Origin: the human T2T-CHM13v2.0 reference genome, Homo sapiens
Strand: one strand, 5' to 3'
Assembly (NCBI RefSeq): GCF_009914755.1
Contig: NC_060926.1
Length of the DNA stretch: 64,000 bases
The first letter of the stretch is position 1. Each line of letters opens with the position of its first letter. Below are positions 1 to 11,555 of this stretch, piece by piece. The notes under the pieces were generated by a model. That model saw nothing but the letters and a program-made list of their open reading frames with translations. It did not search any database and was not told the origin of the DNA. Both the position numbers and the translations under genes were made by a program.

Positions 1-579
1 AATGTTTTTAAAAATAAAATATAATACATAATTTTAGACAAATCTGTAATAATAGTAAAAATATAATTGGTCAACTTCTAAGCATGCTAAAATTGAATTC
101 AGCATTTTTAAAACGATAAAGGAACAGAAAAAATAATATATAATGCCTTTGCTATATAAACTGTACAAGAGAGTAACCGTATAATTGATAACAGGAAGTT
201 TCTTCTATTGTAGCTAAGTGAAGAAGGAATGATGGCATATCACCATCTAGCTACCTGCAATGGGCCAAGCATTAATCAATGGCTGCTACCTTTCCAAAAC
301 ATTCTGGAGAAAATTAAGAGTTTTCTGCATATTTGTAATGTATATGTATTCTAGGATTATAGTGTTAATAACTGAGGAAATTGGAACTCGGCGTTGTGAA
401 TCCAGAGTACTTTCTAGGAGTTTGCTGTGGTGGTTGTTCAAATATCTCTGCATAGTTGATCTGTGTTTTGTTCCTTTCTCCAGCCAGATTTCTACTTCAA
501 AAAACACAGAATTTTTGTGTCATCATGAATAGATCAGGAAGCTCCAAAGAACGCAACCTAAATTGTAATTTCTAGTTTC

Positions 580-1110
580 TACAATATCTTTCCTGTCTGT
601 TCCTAACTTTCCATCTCTCCTGAGACTGCTCTGTTTTACACTCATTATAACTATTTCTCTAAACAATAGCAATAACTGCCTAACTGTTCTTACGCCTGTA
701 AGAAATCTACTCTGCCATGACAATTAGCTTCCTAAATTAGCTTCACTGGGACAATTACATCATTTCATATTGCAGGAATTTCCCGAGACTTTGTGGTGGC
801 TATAGAATGTACCTGTACCAATTTTGTATGGACCCAAATCTTCCCATTTCCGTTCCCACTACATCCCATATTGTAAATTTGAACTCAGTAGTGTCAACTA
901 TGCCTTGGTTTTTCAGCTTTCATGTGATTGCGTATGCTATTCTGTCAGCCTAGACTACTCATATGTGTAGTTTATGTTGTAGTGGATTTCAATGTATTTA
1001 AAATATTTGAAAATTATAGTTCATATATATGTGCATGAGTGCATATGAACTACTCTCTAAAATGTAAAAATGCTAGGTACTTGCAATGCGTAGGCATTTA
1101 ATAATGGCCT
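580..1110 (+). mobile_element. L2 LINE, degraded 3' fragment
   Basis: L2-like motifs (caataactgcctaactg; tgctattctgtcagcctaga; tail-like gtaggcatttaataa). Boundaries approximate. Confidence 0.45.
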
Positions 1111-3570
1111 TTAGTAAAGTCTGTTCTTCTCCAATACATGATTCAAATTAACTCATATTTAATTAGTATGGAAGGGGTTGATATCAATGTAACACAAAAG
1201 TCTAGTTGGTTCATTTATATTTTTTTATTACACTAACACTTTCATGCCATTCAAGTAAGAGCAATTGAATGCAAAGTTTACTAAGACAGCTGAACACATG
1301 TCATAGAGATATGGATTAAAGTACATGATGTTTATCTACCTCATTTCTTTATTTGTCTTGGCACAGTGTGGACATGTCCCCTTTCCTGTCTTGAAAGTGC
1401 TTTCTGCATGGTTCCCCTTAATCTATGAGCATTTTGCATTTTGTCCTTGTCTCTGTAACTTAGTAGCTTCAAACTTGCTTGTATCCTCTGGCATTGAGAA
1501 CATTAACTTTGATTTTAGTGGTGAAGTCCAATATATTACCTAGTAATTTGTTTTTCATTTGGCAGGTAACAGACTTTTTTTTTTTTTTTTAACCACGCTG
1601 GTATTGATATTATATTGTATTACTGGATGTTTTTCATAAAGATGTATTGGTTTGGGGCAGTTCATTCATAATCTTATTTTTCTAAAAAGTTACTTTTTAA
1701 TTTTTAGAAGTCAAAGTTATTCAATAATGAACATATCATTTTACAGTACTCAACTCAGCAATATTAAAGAGAAAAGTTAAATATATTAGGAAGGGGTTTC
1801 CTGTAATGCCTTCCTCTGCCGACATGAAGATGTTTGGCTTTACACTTACTACAGTGACTTTATGTTACCCCTTCATTTCTAACAAACAAGAAACTAATTT
1901 TGTTCCTGGTCTGTTTTGTCCTCACTTCATTTAGCATTCTTATGATTGCATTTCTAAATCTTTAATTTAGCAGTGACTTTCACATTATCGTCTATTTCTC
2001 TCCCATTGTCCTAATGTTGCCAATGTTATAAAAGTAATTGCCTTGTAATCTTTGATTAATAGAATGGTGCATTATGTGACTTTACTATCTGACAGGTTTT
2101 GATTTTATTTAAATATGTGTAACGTTACAAGTTAATCTTCAAATGATTAGTGTAATGGTATATCACAAATACTATAAGGTTCATCAATACAAAAGTTGGG
2201 GATATTTCCTACTTTATTGAATAAAATTCCAACCGTGTGCTGTGACAATGTCAGTCCCTGTCTATTTGGTCTTGCCCATCCGAGGGTTTTTAAAGGCCAG
2301 TGCTTCTGGGCTCTGATCTTTCCAGTTTATGGCTAGCAAGAACTCAGTGGTCACTATGCCTTGGTGAGGTCTAGAAATGGTCTCTTACCACATTCCCAAG
2401 GCCAGTGTGCATGAAGCTACCAGAACCCCGAGAGCCTCATGCATCATGCTTCCCTCTCCATCTTGTATTCCAGCAATGTAGCCTGCTTGGGCTTCTCTCC
2501 TAATTTCAGGTTTTGTTACAATTTCTCATTGGAACTGGATGCCATTGTAAGTCCCAGATCAGTGTATTGGATACTTGATTCCCTAAATTACTGTTAAACA
2601 TTCCCTCGTCCCAAGGTTTAAACTGGGATTTGTTTTTATAATTGCAAATTGTTCCACATTGCTGGGCTTGAACTAGGAATTAGCCACCAATGGAAAGAAG
2701 CAGTTGCTTTCTAGATGCCCTGGAACTATGTATCCTCTTAATCCTACACCATTATCAACACAGCAGGTTATAGGCATCAAACTTGCCTATAGGCTGTGCA
2801 TTTGTGATTTAAACTTGTGCCTCCTCATTTGATGGGCTGATCTGTCTTCCTGGGAAGTTTCGTGATTATTCTTGTGGGTCTCTTTGGCCTTTTAATATCC
2901 ATCATGATCTCCTAACATGCCTTTAAGATGTGTTAAGCACACCCTTATTACTCTAACAAACCATGCCCATCATTTAAGTGATTTCAGATAATATACGTAA
3001 GATTCTCATACATAACAGTCTAATGTGTGTGTTCCTGGTCAGCAGGTGTGTGTACACAGTGCACTGCTTCCCATAACACATTGAGACAGCCAAACTATCT
3101 TCTTCAGAATCTGGCTTCTAAGGTCACTCTACTCGTCTGCATCAAAATACGTCAGGAAAATTTTAATAGGCAAAGCCTGGAAGTTGTGTGTACCTATATT
3201 AAATTGTCTATAACAACCCCTCATGGTTAAAGAAGCTGGCAAATGTAGGCTCTGTGAGTGACCAGAAAATGAAACAAAACATAACAAAAGAAAACAAAAC
3301 AAAAAAAAAACAAACTAACAATAACAACCCTCCCTTCACCATCCCCTCAACAGGAATTGTTGAACAGCAAGTGGCCTCTGTCTGGCACATGATAAAATAC
3401 AAAAAACACTATAAGAATATGTATGGCACATTACATGACATTAAAATAATAAAGTACTTTAAATTATCTGTAAATCGTGGCAGATAATTAAAGTAGCTTA
3501 AAAAGTCCTTTTAGAACAAGGGACAGGTTAAAAAAAAACACCAAGCATAATAATCTTTTATCTGGGTATT

Positions 3571-3651
3571 TTATTTGTTTATTTATTTTGAGATAGGCTT
3601 TTGCTCTGTAACCCCGGCTGGAGTGCAGTGGCCCTATCTTGGCTCACTGCA
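3571..3651 (-). mobile_element. 5'-truncated Alu fragment (tail plus end of right arm)
   Basis: T-rich tail followed by gagatagg...ggctggagtgcagtgg...ttggctcactgca. Confidence 0.85.
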
Positions 3652-4519
3652 TATTTCGGTTTTTATACTTAGAAAATTTAAAGTGGTAAAACTACAAGAA
3701 GACTATAACAAATTCAATTAATTTCAAAAGTTATTACCTTAGTATTGTCTACATGGACGTGGAGGATAAGTACACAAATGATTAACAACTGAGGCACAGC
3801 TCAGGGGACTTGTTTTCTAATGTGGAAACTAACGGGTAAAGAACAGGCTGCATTATGAATTCCGAAGGAAATAACACAGGGAGGATAAATGAAAATGAAT
3901 GTGGAAAGACCTGTGACTTCTTCTGGGATTTAAATAGCCTAGCTTGATTGTCTCCTGGTCCATGCTTATGGCGGCAATTATCTTTGGCATTGTCAATGTG
4001 ACACTTTCAAGGGTCATATTCTGGTAATGAACTTCTCCGTTTACCGACACGTTTATCAGCACACACATGTCAACATTACAAAATCCCTTCCGTAATCTTC
4101 TATTCAAATAAATTACCTGTTCTTTCCAGGGTCAAACACTCATGTCTTTGAGATGAGCAATGATATTAATTTACTGAAAATAACAAATGGATAAACTAGT
4201 AAATTGAAATGGGCTCTGGGGAAATGTACAATGCATTAGTGCTGATTAGAGATAGACTCGATTTTTCTCCCTTCTCATCTTCTCAACCTTCCTAGGAAGT
4301 CTTACAGTAAGAGAATGCCTTTGAAGTTTACTTCCCACTGTCCGCTTGTACCATGAATAAGTCTGTGGGATCCTTCCATGATTCATTGGGAGTCACGTTG
4401 TGCAAGTTTTTGCTTTTATAGGGTATTTTTTATGAATTGCAAATTTATCAGATTTATCATGGCTTAAAAGTCTCTACAAGCTAGCACTTTTTTTTTTCAC
4501 TACATGCCCCACTACCTCT

Positions 4520-5300
4520 TATTTCCTATACAAATGTACTTGATTCTTTGTCATGCTGGACTCTGGACTGTTCCTTCCTCCACTTGCTTTATAGAGACTT
4601 ATCTCTGTACCTAGAAAAGCCACTCAATTTATCTTGAAAACTCATCTTTCCATACAAGTCTCAGTTTAATATCCTCTTTTCCTAGAAAATATTTCACAAA
4701 ATACCAGGCTGAATTTATTGCATCATTTTTGTTTGCATTTCATCTCAAACACACTTCTATTACAACATTCAAGCCAGGCTATATGTAGCTTCTCTCTATA
4801 TAAGTATTTATTCACTACACCATGAGCTCCTTGAAAGCAGGAAATGTGAATTTTTTTCTACATTTTAGACCCAACCAATCCCTAATGTCCCCGACCTTTT
4901 TGGCAATCCCCAATTCCTAATGTTCCCAACCTTTTTGGCACCAGGGACCAGTTTCATGGAAGACAATTTTTCCATGAACGAGGGGTGAGGGGGCAGGTGA
5001 TGGTTTTGGGATGAAACTCTTCCACCTCAGATCATCAGTAATTAGCTAGATTCTCATAAGGAGCGTGCAATCCACATCCCTTGTATGTGCAGTTAACAGT
5101 AATGGTTCTGGTTCCTATGAGAATCTAATGCCACCACTGATCTAACAGGAGGCAGAGCTTAGGTGCTAATGCCCTCCTCATGCTCACCTCCTGTTGTACA
5201 GTCGAATTCCTAACAGGCCAGGGACCAGGACTGGCCTAGGGTTTGGGAACCCCTGCCTTATATAATAGCAACTCAATAGTTCCCCAATGTATAAATCAAA
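4520..5300 (+). mobile_element. L2 3' end interrupted by MER1B
   Basis: ccatgagctccttgaaagcagg before MER1B; aatagcaactcaata tail after it. Confidence 0.55.
4918..5255 (+). mobile_element. MER1B (hAT-Charlie DNA transposon)
   Basis: cccaacctttttggcaccagggaccagtttcatggaagacaatttttcc...agattctcataaggagc...gggtttgggaacccctg matches MER1B as recalled. The 5' end is tandemly duplicated at 4875-4940. Confidence 0.9.
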
Positions 5301-5505
5301 GGATAAATCAAGAGTTTTTCTCATAATTGAAAGACATAAAGTATACATACAAAAATGAATCTTTAATTTATTTATTCACATATTTATTTACTCTCTTTCT
5401 CTTTATACCAAATGTTGCACTTTATAAAAATATGCAAAAATGAGTAGCACCTGGTGCGTGACCTGGAGGAAGTCATGCTCCTATGGGGTAGCAGACATTT
5501 AAAGA

Positions 5506-6300
5506 CCTTACTTCAGTGTATCTAGAACATCATTGATTGTAAAATGTACCATTATATTATATGCTGCTAAGAAATATGGAGTACTGCAAATGCAACTCTG
5601 ACATATTATTCTTATGATATAGAATTCTTATTCACTTTCTCAGTCAACCTTCCCAGGAAGTCTTACAGTTTCTAAAGAGAATGCCTCTGAAGTTCTGTTC
5701 ACACTGTCCATTCATATCGTGAATAAGCCCAAACATAAAAAAAAAGATGCAATAAACTCAGCCTGATACGTTGCAGAAAAAGCTCTTTGAGACTTAGTAA
5801 AAAAAATAAACTGGTAAGATTATTCTTAAAATTTCTGCACACTTGAAGTTTGCTTCTTTTGAACACTTTTCAACTCAGAGTTGTCAGTCTTACGTTTTAT
5901 CCATGAAATATAATTATTTGTGCTCAACAGAGTTATTGATGTTGCTAAATTTGCTTTTTTAAAATCACAAAAAATAATAGCTATTCAGGAAAATTTGTAG
6001 TGTGTTCTTGTTTTTTGAATGTTGCCCACAACTTCTGATTTGTCATCTCCCTTATCCCCTCTGCAGTCAATTTGATAGTAGGAATTAAAAGTATTTTCCC
6101 CCTTTGTTTCTGGAAATTTCTTTTGAATTCTTATATTGCTGCATTTAATGTTTGTGCACGCATATGCCATAACGCCTATATTATGGCTGATGTCTAATTT
6201 ACAGCAACTATAAGATGACATTGTCTAAAAGACACATCCCAAGTTTAGAGAAGTTAAAATGTTAAAAAAAGTGCATGCTAATTTCGCTAGATGAATACAA
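5506..6300 (-). mobile_element. Kanga1-family (TcMar-Tc2) DNA transposon, internally deleted
   Basis: Both termini resemble Kanga1/MER104 ends (catcattgattgtaaaatgtaccattatatt...; gacacatcccaagtttagagaagttaaaatgtt...atgaatac). Confidence 0.7.
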
Positions 6301-6861
6301 GAAACCTCTACAAGGGTAAAGAATCAGTAATGTTTACAGCCACATAGTGGAATTTGAATAAATTGGAGTGCAGAATGATTGTGATATAATTATATTATGC
6401 CTACACAAGCATTGTGGAAATAGATGACAACTTGAATTTCCAGGACTCTAGTGTAGTTTACACAGAACAGGTTAAAGATGTCATAAATATTTCAAAAATA
6501 TCATCTCATGTTTAGGTAGTATGCACATATATTAAATATTGACTACTGAAAATGTTAATTCTTAATGTTATTTTTTACAAAATGAATGTTTTATGATCAA
6601 GAATATTGTACAAAGGCACATATTTGTTTGCAAAATATATTTAATTTTTAATGGTATCAGTGAAGGTAACTGTTCAAATTGGAAATATAATCCAGTTTGA
6701 AATGCAAGAAATTATAAAAAGAGCAAACTTTTAAAAAATGTTTATAATAGAAAATAACTACTACAGTTCTTAATTTGTAGATATAATCAAAGAACAGACA
6801 ACTATCTCTAAATGCACATATGCCATTACCATTGCCACTTGTTCTGCAAAAAAATTAATAA

Positions 6862-7010
6862 AAATAGCAATAACAACAACTATCATTTATTGAGTGCCTA
6901 CTATGTGACAGACACTGATCTAAGGTTGTACAAGTATTTAACTCATTTAATCCTCTCAGAAATCCCACAGATGCTATTATTTTCCTGATACTAAAGATGA
7001 GGAAATGTAA
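6862..7010 (-). mobile_element. MIR
   Basis: catttattgagtgcctactatgtg...aactcatttaatcctc...gatgaggaaa. Confidence 0.85.
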
Positions 7011-7100
7011 TGGAGCCAAGTTGTGTGACAGCAAAGCAGAGGAGGCTCATGTGAATGCAGGACAACTGGCCAATGGGCACAGCAACCAGGTTTGTGAAGG

Positions 7101-7248
7101 ACAGCATGGCTTGGCTGATAAACAGGGGCTTTCTAGTCAGATAAATCTGTGCTAAAATTTTGACTCACCACTTAATTATTCTGTGATTTGGAGCAATTTC
7201 TTAATTTAGCAGAATTTTAGGGACTTCATATTAAAGATGGGTTATAAG
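7101..7248 (+). mobile_element. MIR, 5' part, split by the L1MA9-like insertion; 3' part at 21036-21105
   Basis: acagcatggc...tctagtcagataaatctg...ccactta...aaagatgggttataa; the MIR resumes after 21035. Confidence 0.7.
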
Positions 7249-7669
7249 ATATCAGAAAGATGGCAGAAAAAGCAGCTTTTTATTTTTATTCCCATGCAGA
7301 AGCATTAATTTTGACAACCACTCACAGACAAGAATACTTTTGTAGGAGTGTGGAAATCCAGCTGAGAAATTCTAGCTCACAAATAGGGGGAAATTATAAA
7401 AATAGATACACTGAAGAGAGTAAAAGAACAACCTTAACTTTACCCATGCCACTCTTCCTCTAAGGTGGCACAGTTCACTACACAGAGAAAACCCTCACTC
7501 AATGATTCTTCTACAGAAAATAATAAATGAGATTGTGTTGAATAAATGCCCAGACCCCTAGCCATAAGGTAACTTTCCAAAAGGTTCATGTATTTCTTAA
7601 TCCATCCAGAATATTGAGATAATTAGCACAGCTGAGAGGTTGAGAAAGGCTGGGAGAAAAAAATAAAAA

Positions 7670-7694
7670 CAGAGAGAGAGAGAGAGAGAGAGAG
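7670..7694. repeat. (GA)n microsatellite
   Basis: Direct observation. Confidence 0.95.
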
Positions 7695-8545
7695 GAAATG
7701 GACCCTATTACCTACTCCATGGACTTAATCAGAAATTTTGGGATACTTCACCTGTGGACCTTCCCACAGCTGGATCACAGGCACCCCAAATGCTCACTGT
7801 GTCTCACTCCTCATCCCACAGGCAAGCTCTTCAAATGCATTTTTGCAGAGAGTGCAAGCCTCCCAAGTGGATGGCTGGCTTGACTCTGCAGGATTGGGAG
7901 AAGGCACAGAAATTTCAGCACTTCAGAGCACTGCTTTAGGAAAAACAAGCGGGAGGCTCTTAGCATCTGTCCTGAATTTCTAAGATTAAGAGAAGACAAA
8001 GGCTCTTCTCTCAATAATAATAATAATTATTATTGTTACTTCCAAGGAGTACCAGGTGTGAGAACATTCAAAGGAAAGGTCTCCTATAGCCTCAGTTTCC
8101 AAAATTGGACTGAGTAGTAAAGGCATGTCTCTCTCAAACCCAGTCAGTAAAGAGTGGAAGCGGCAAGTGATTCTTCAAATGTGAAGACAACAATGCAAGA
8201 GTTCAAGAAAATGAAGAACATAAAGGAAGCATGACACCACCAAGGGGACACAAAAACATTCTAGTAACTGACCTCACAGAAATGCAGATCGACTAATTGC
8301 CAAAACAGAATTTAAAATAATTGTTGTAAGGAAGCTCTGCAAGCTACAAGAAAACACAGATATCATGCAACAAAGTGACATAAAAATTGCATGATCAAAA
8401 CTAGAAGTTTATTAAAAGGAAGAAATTTTTTAAAAAGTACAAAATAGAACTCTGGAGTGGAAGAATACAATGAGTGAAATGAAAAATGTCACAGGGAGCA
8501 TCAACAGTAGACTTGATTAAGCAGATGAAAAAATATGTCAATTTA

Positions 8546-8691
8546 AGCTGGATGCAGTGGTAATCTGTAACTGTAATCCAAATTACTTGGGAGGTTGAAA
8601 CGGGAGGAGGCCAGGAGTTAAAAGCTGAAGCGTATTATGATGATTCCTGTGCCACTCTACTTCACTCTGGGGAGCAATAACAAAACACAAC
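8546..8691 (+). mobile_element. FAM/FRAM fossil Alu monomer inside host L1 ORF1
   Basis: gctggatgcagtgg...tgtaatcc...gggagg...ggagtt...gccactctacttca. Confidence 0.7.
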
Positions 8692-8812
8692 ATGTGGAGT
8701 AAACAAAGGTCATTTTATAATATTCAGTCAGAGCAGAAAAAGAATACAAATATAAAAAGAAATGAAGACCACCCATGGGATTTACAGAACACCATCTAAA
8801 GAGCTAATATCT

Positions 8813-11026
8813 TGTATTAGTCTTCTCTCACACTGCTCATAAAAACATACCTGAGATTGGGTAATTTATAAAGGAAAAAGGTTTAATTGACTTACAGTTC
8901 CACATGGCTGGGGAGGCCTCACAATCGTGGTGGGGGACGAAGTAAGAACAAGATGACATCTTACATGGCAGGAAAAGAGAATGTGTGCAGGGGAACTCCC
9001 ATTTATAAAACCATCAGATCTCATGAGACTTATTCACTCTCATGAGAACAGCACAGGAAGACCTGCCCCCTGATTCAGTTACCTCCCATCAGGTCTCTCC
9101 TACAACATGTAGAAATTATGGGAGCTAAAATTCAAGATAAATTTGGGTGGAGACACATCCAAACCACAATATTCTGCCCCTGGTCCTTCACAAATATCAT
9201 GTTCTCACATTTCAATACCAATCATGCCCTCCCAACAGCCCCCCAAAGTCTTAATTCATTTCAGCATTAACTCAAAGTCCACAATTCAACGTCTCATCTG
9301 ACACAAGGTAATTCCTTTCCAGCTACGAGCCTGTAAAATCAAAAGCAAGTTAGTTACTTCCTAGATACAATGGGGGTACAGGCATTGAGTAAATACACTC
9401 ATTCCAAATCAGAGAAATTGTTCAAAACAAAAGGGCTACAGGCCCCAGGAAATTCCAAAATCCAATAGGGCAGTCATAAAACCTTAAAGTTCCAAAATAA
9501 TCTCCCTTGACTCCATGTCTCACATCCAGGTCATGCTGATGCAAGAGGTGGGCTCCCATGGCCTTGGGGAGCTCTGCCCCTGTGGGTCTGCAGGGTATGT
9601 CCCTCCGACCCCCAGCTGCTTTCATAGGCTGGCACTGAGTGTCTGTGGCTTTTCCCAGTGCACAGTTCAAGCTGTCAGTGGATCTACCATTCTGGGACCT
9701 GGAGGATTGTGGCCCTCTTCTCACAGCTCCAACAGGCAGTGCCCCAGCGGAGACTCTGTGTGGGGGCTCTGACCTCACATTTCCCTTCCTCACTGCCCTA
9801 GCAGAGGTTCACCATGAGGGCTCTGACCCTGCAGCACAACTCTGCCTGGACATCCAGCCATTTCCATACATCCTCTGAAATCTAGGCAGAGGTTCCCAAA
9901 CCTCAATTCTTGACTTCTGTGCACCCTCTGAAGCAACAGCCTGAGCCATACATTGGCCTGTTTTAGCCATGGCTAGAGTTGAAGCAGCTGAGATGCAGGA
10001 TATCAAGTCCCTATGCTGCACAAAGCAGAGGGGGGGCCTGGACCTGGTCAACTAAACCATTTTTTGCTTTTAGGCCTCTGGGCCTGTGGTGAGAGGGGCT
10101 GCTGTGAAGGTCTCTGGCATGCCCTGGAGACATTTTCCCCATTGTCTCGGTGATTAACATTTGGTTCCTCTTTACTTATGCAACTTTCTGCAGCCAGTTT
10201 GAATTTCTTCCCAGAAAATGGGGTTTTCTTTTCTATCGCATCATCAGGCTGCACATTCTCTGAACTTTTATGCTCTACTTCCTCTTGAACACTTTGCAGC
10301 TTAGAAATTTCTTCTGCCAGATACCCTATATTACCTCTCACAAGTTCAAAGTTCCACAGACCTCTAGGGCAGGGGTAAAATGCCACCAGTCCCTTTGCAT
10401 AGTGAGTGTAACCTTTACTCCAGTTCCCAACAAGTTCCTCTTCTCCATCTGAGACCACCTCCACCTGGACTTCATTGTCCATATCACTATCAGCATTTTG
10501 GTCAAAACCATTCAACAAGGCTCCAGGAAACTCCAAACGTTCCCATATTTTCCCGTATTTTTCTGAGCCCTCCAAACTGTTCCAACCTCTAAACTATTAC
10601 CCAGTTCCAAAGTCACTTCCACATTTTTGGTATGTTTACATCAGCACCTACTACCCAGTACCAATTTACTTTATTAATCTGTTCTCATGCTGCTAATAAA
10701 GGCATACCTGAGACTGGGCGATTTATATAGGAAAGAGGTTTAATTGACTTACAGTTCCACATGGCTAGGGAAGCCTCACAATCATGGCAGAAGACCGAGC
10801 AACAGGACATCTTACATGGCGGCAGGCAAAAGACAGTGTGTGTAGGGGAACTCCCCATTATAAAATTATCAGCTCATGAGACTCACACACTACCAAGAGG
10901 ACAGCAGGAAAAGACCTGCCCTCATGATTCAATTACCTTCCACCAGGTTCCTCCCACAACACATGGGAATTATGGGAGCTATAATTCAAGATGAGATTTG
11001 GGTGGAGACACAGTGAAACCATATCA
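8813..11026 (-). mobile_element. Complete THE1B (ERVL-MaLR) provirus: 3'LTR 8813-9171, internal 9172-10669, 5'LTR 10670-11026
   Basis: Two homologous ~360 bp LTRs (tgtattagtc...aaaccatatca) flank THE1-int; 5-bp TSD tatct (8808-8812) / catct (11027-11031). Confidence 0.93.
10048..10575 (-). pseudogene. Remnant of the MaLR THE1-int ORF
   Basis: Translation contains LLNGFDQNADSDMDNEVQVEVVSDGEEELVGNWSKG, typical of THE1/MST-int. Reading is broken across several frames. Confidence 0.8.
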
Positions 11027-11213
11027 CATCTGAATTAGGAAATTAAGAAAAAAGAAAAGAAAAAAGGAGAATAAGTTTATTTTAAGGAGCAGCAAGCTTA
11101 TTTTAATGGCCGAAAACTTCCTTCTCTTCCTGGAAGAGATATGGACATTTAGGTACATGAAGCTGAAAAGTTTCCAAACAGATTCAATCCAAAGAAGACT
11201 TTACCAAGACATA

Positions 11214-11555
11214 TTATAATCCAACTGTCCATTCTAGGACCTTTTTGGATGAGTCTTTAGAGTTTTCTAGGTATACAATCATATCATCAGCAAACAGTGA
11301 CAGTTTGACTTCCTGTTTACCTATTTGGATGCCCTTTATTTCTTTCTCTTGTCTGACTGCTCTGGATAGGACTTCCAGTTCTGTGTTAAATAGAAGTGGT
11401 GAAAGTGAGCATCTTTGTCTTGTTCTAGTTCTCAGGGGGAATGCTTTCAACTTTTTCTCATTCAGTTTAATGTTTACTGTGGGTTTGTCATAGATGGCTC
11501 TTATTATCTTAAGGTATGTCCCTTCTATGTTGATTTTGCTGAGGGTTTTAACCAT
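11214..11555 (-). pseudogene. L1 ORF2p reverse transcriptase remnant
   Basis: Translation contains [12 protein letters not shown]...[15 protein letters not shown] (RT FADD motif), inside the inverted L1PB1 segment. Confidence 0.9.

Noticed and set aside
2759-2798. Hairpin CACAGC..TATAGGCA-loop-TGCCTATA..GCTGTG
   Set aside because: Too short for a pre-miRNA; an isolated 8-bp stem is expected by chance in 64 kb.
9422-10994. Cluster of 60-175 aa ORFs
   Set aside because: All lie within the THE1B provirus: a fragmented MaLR-int ORF and antisense or chance frames, not a host gene.
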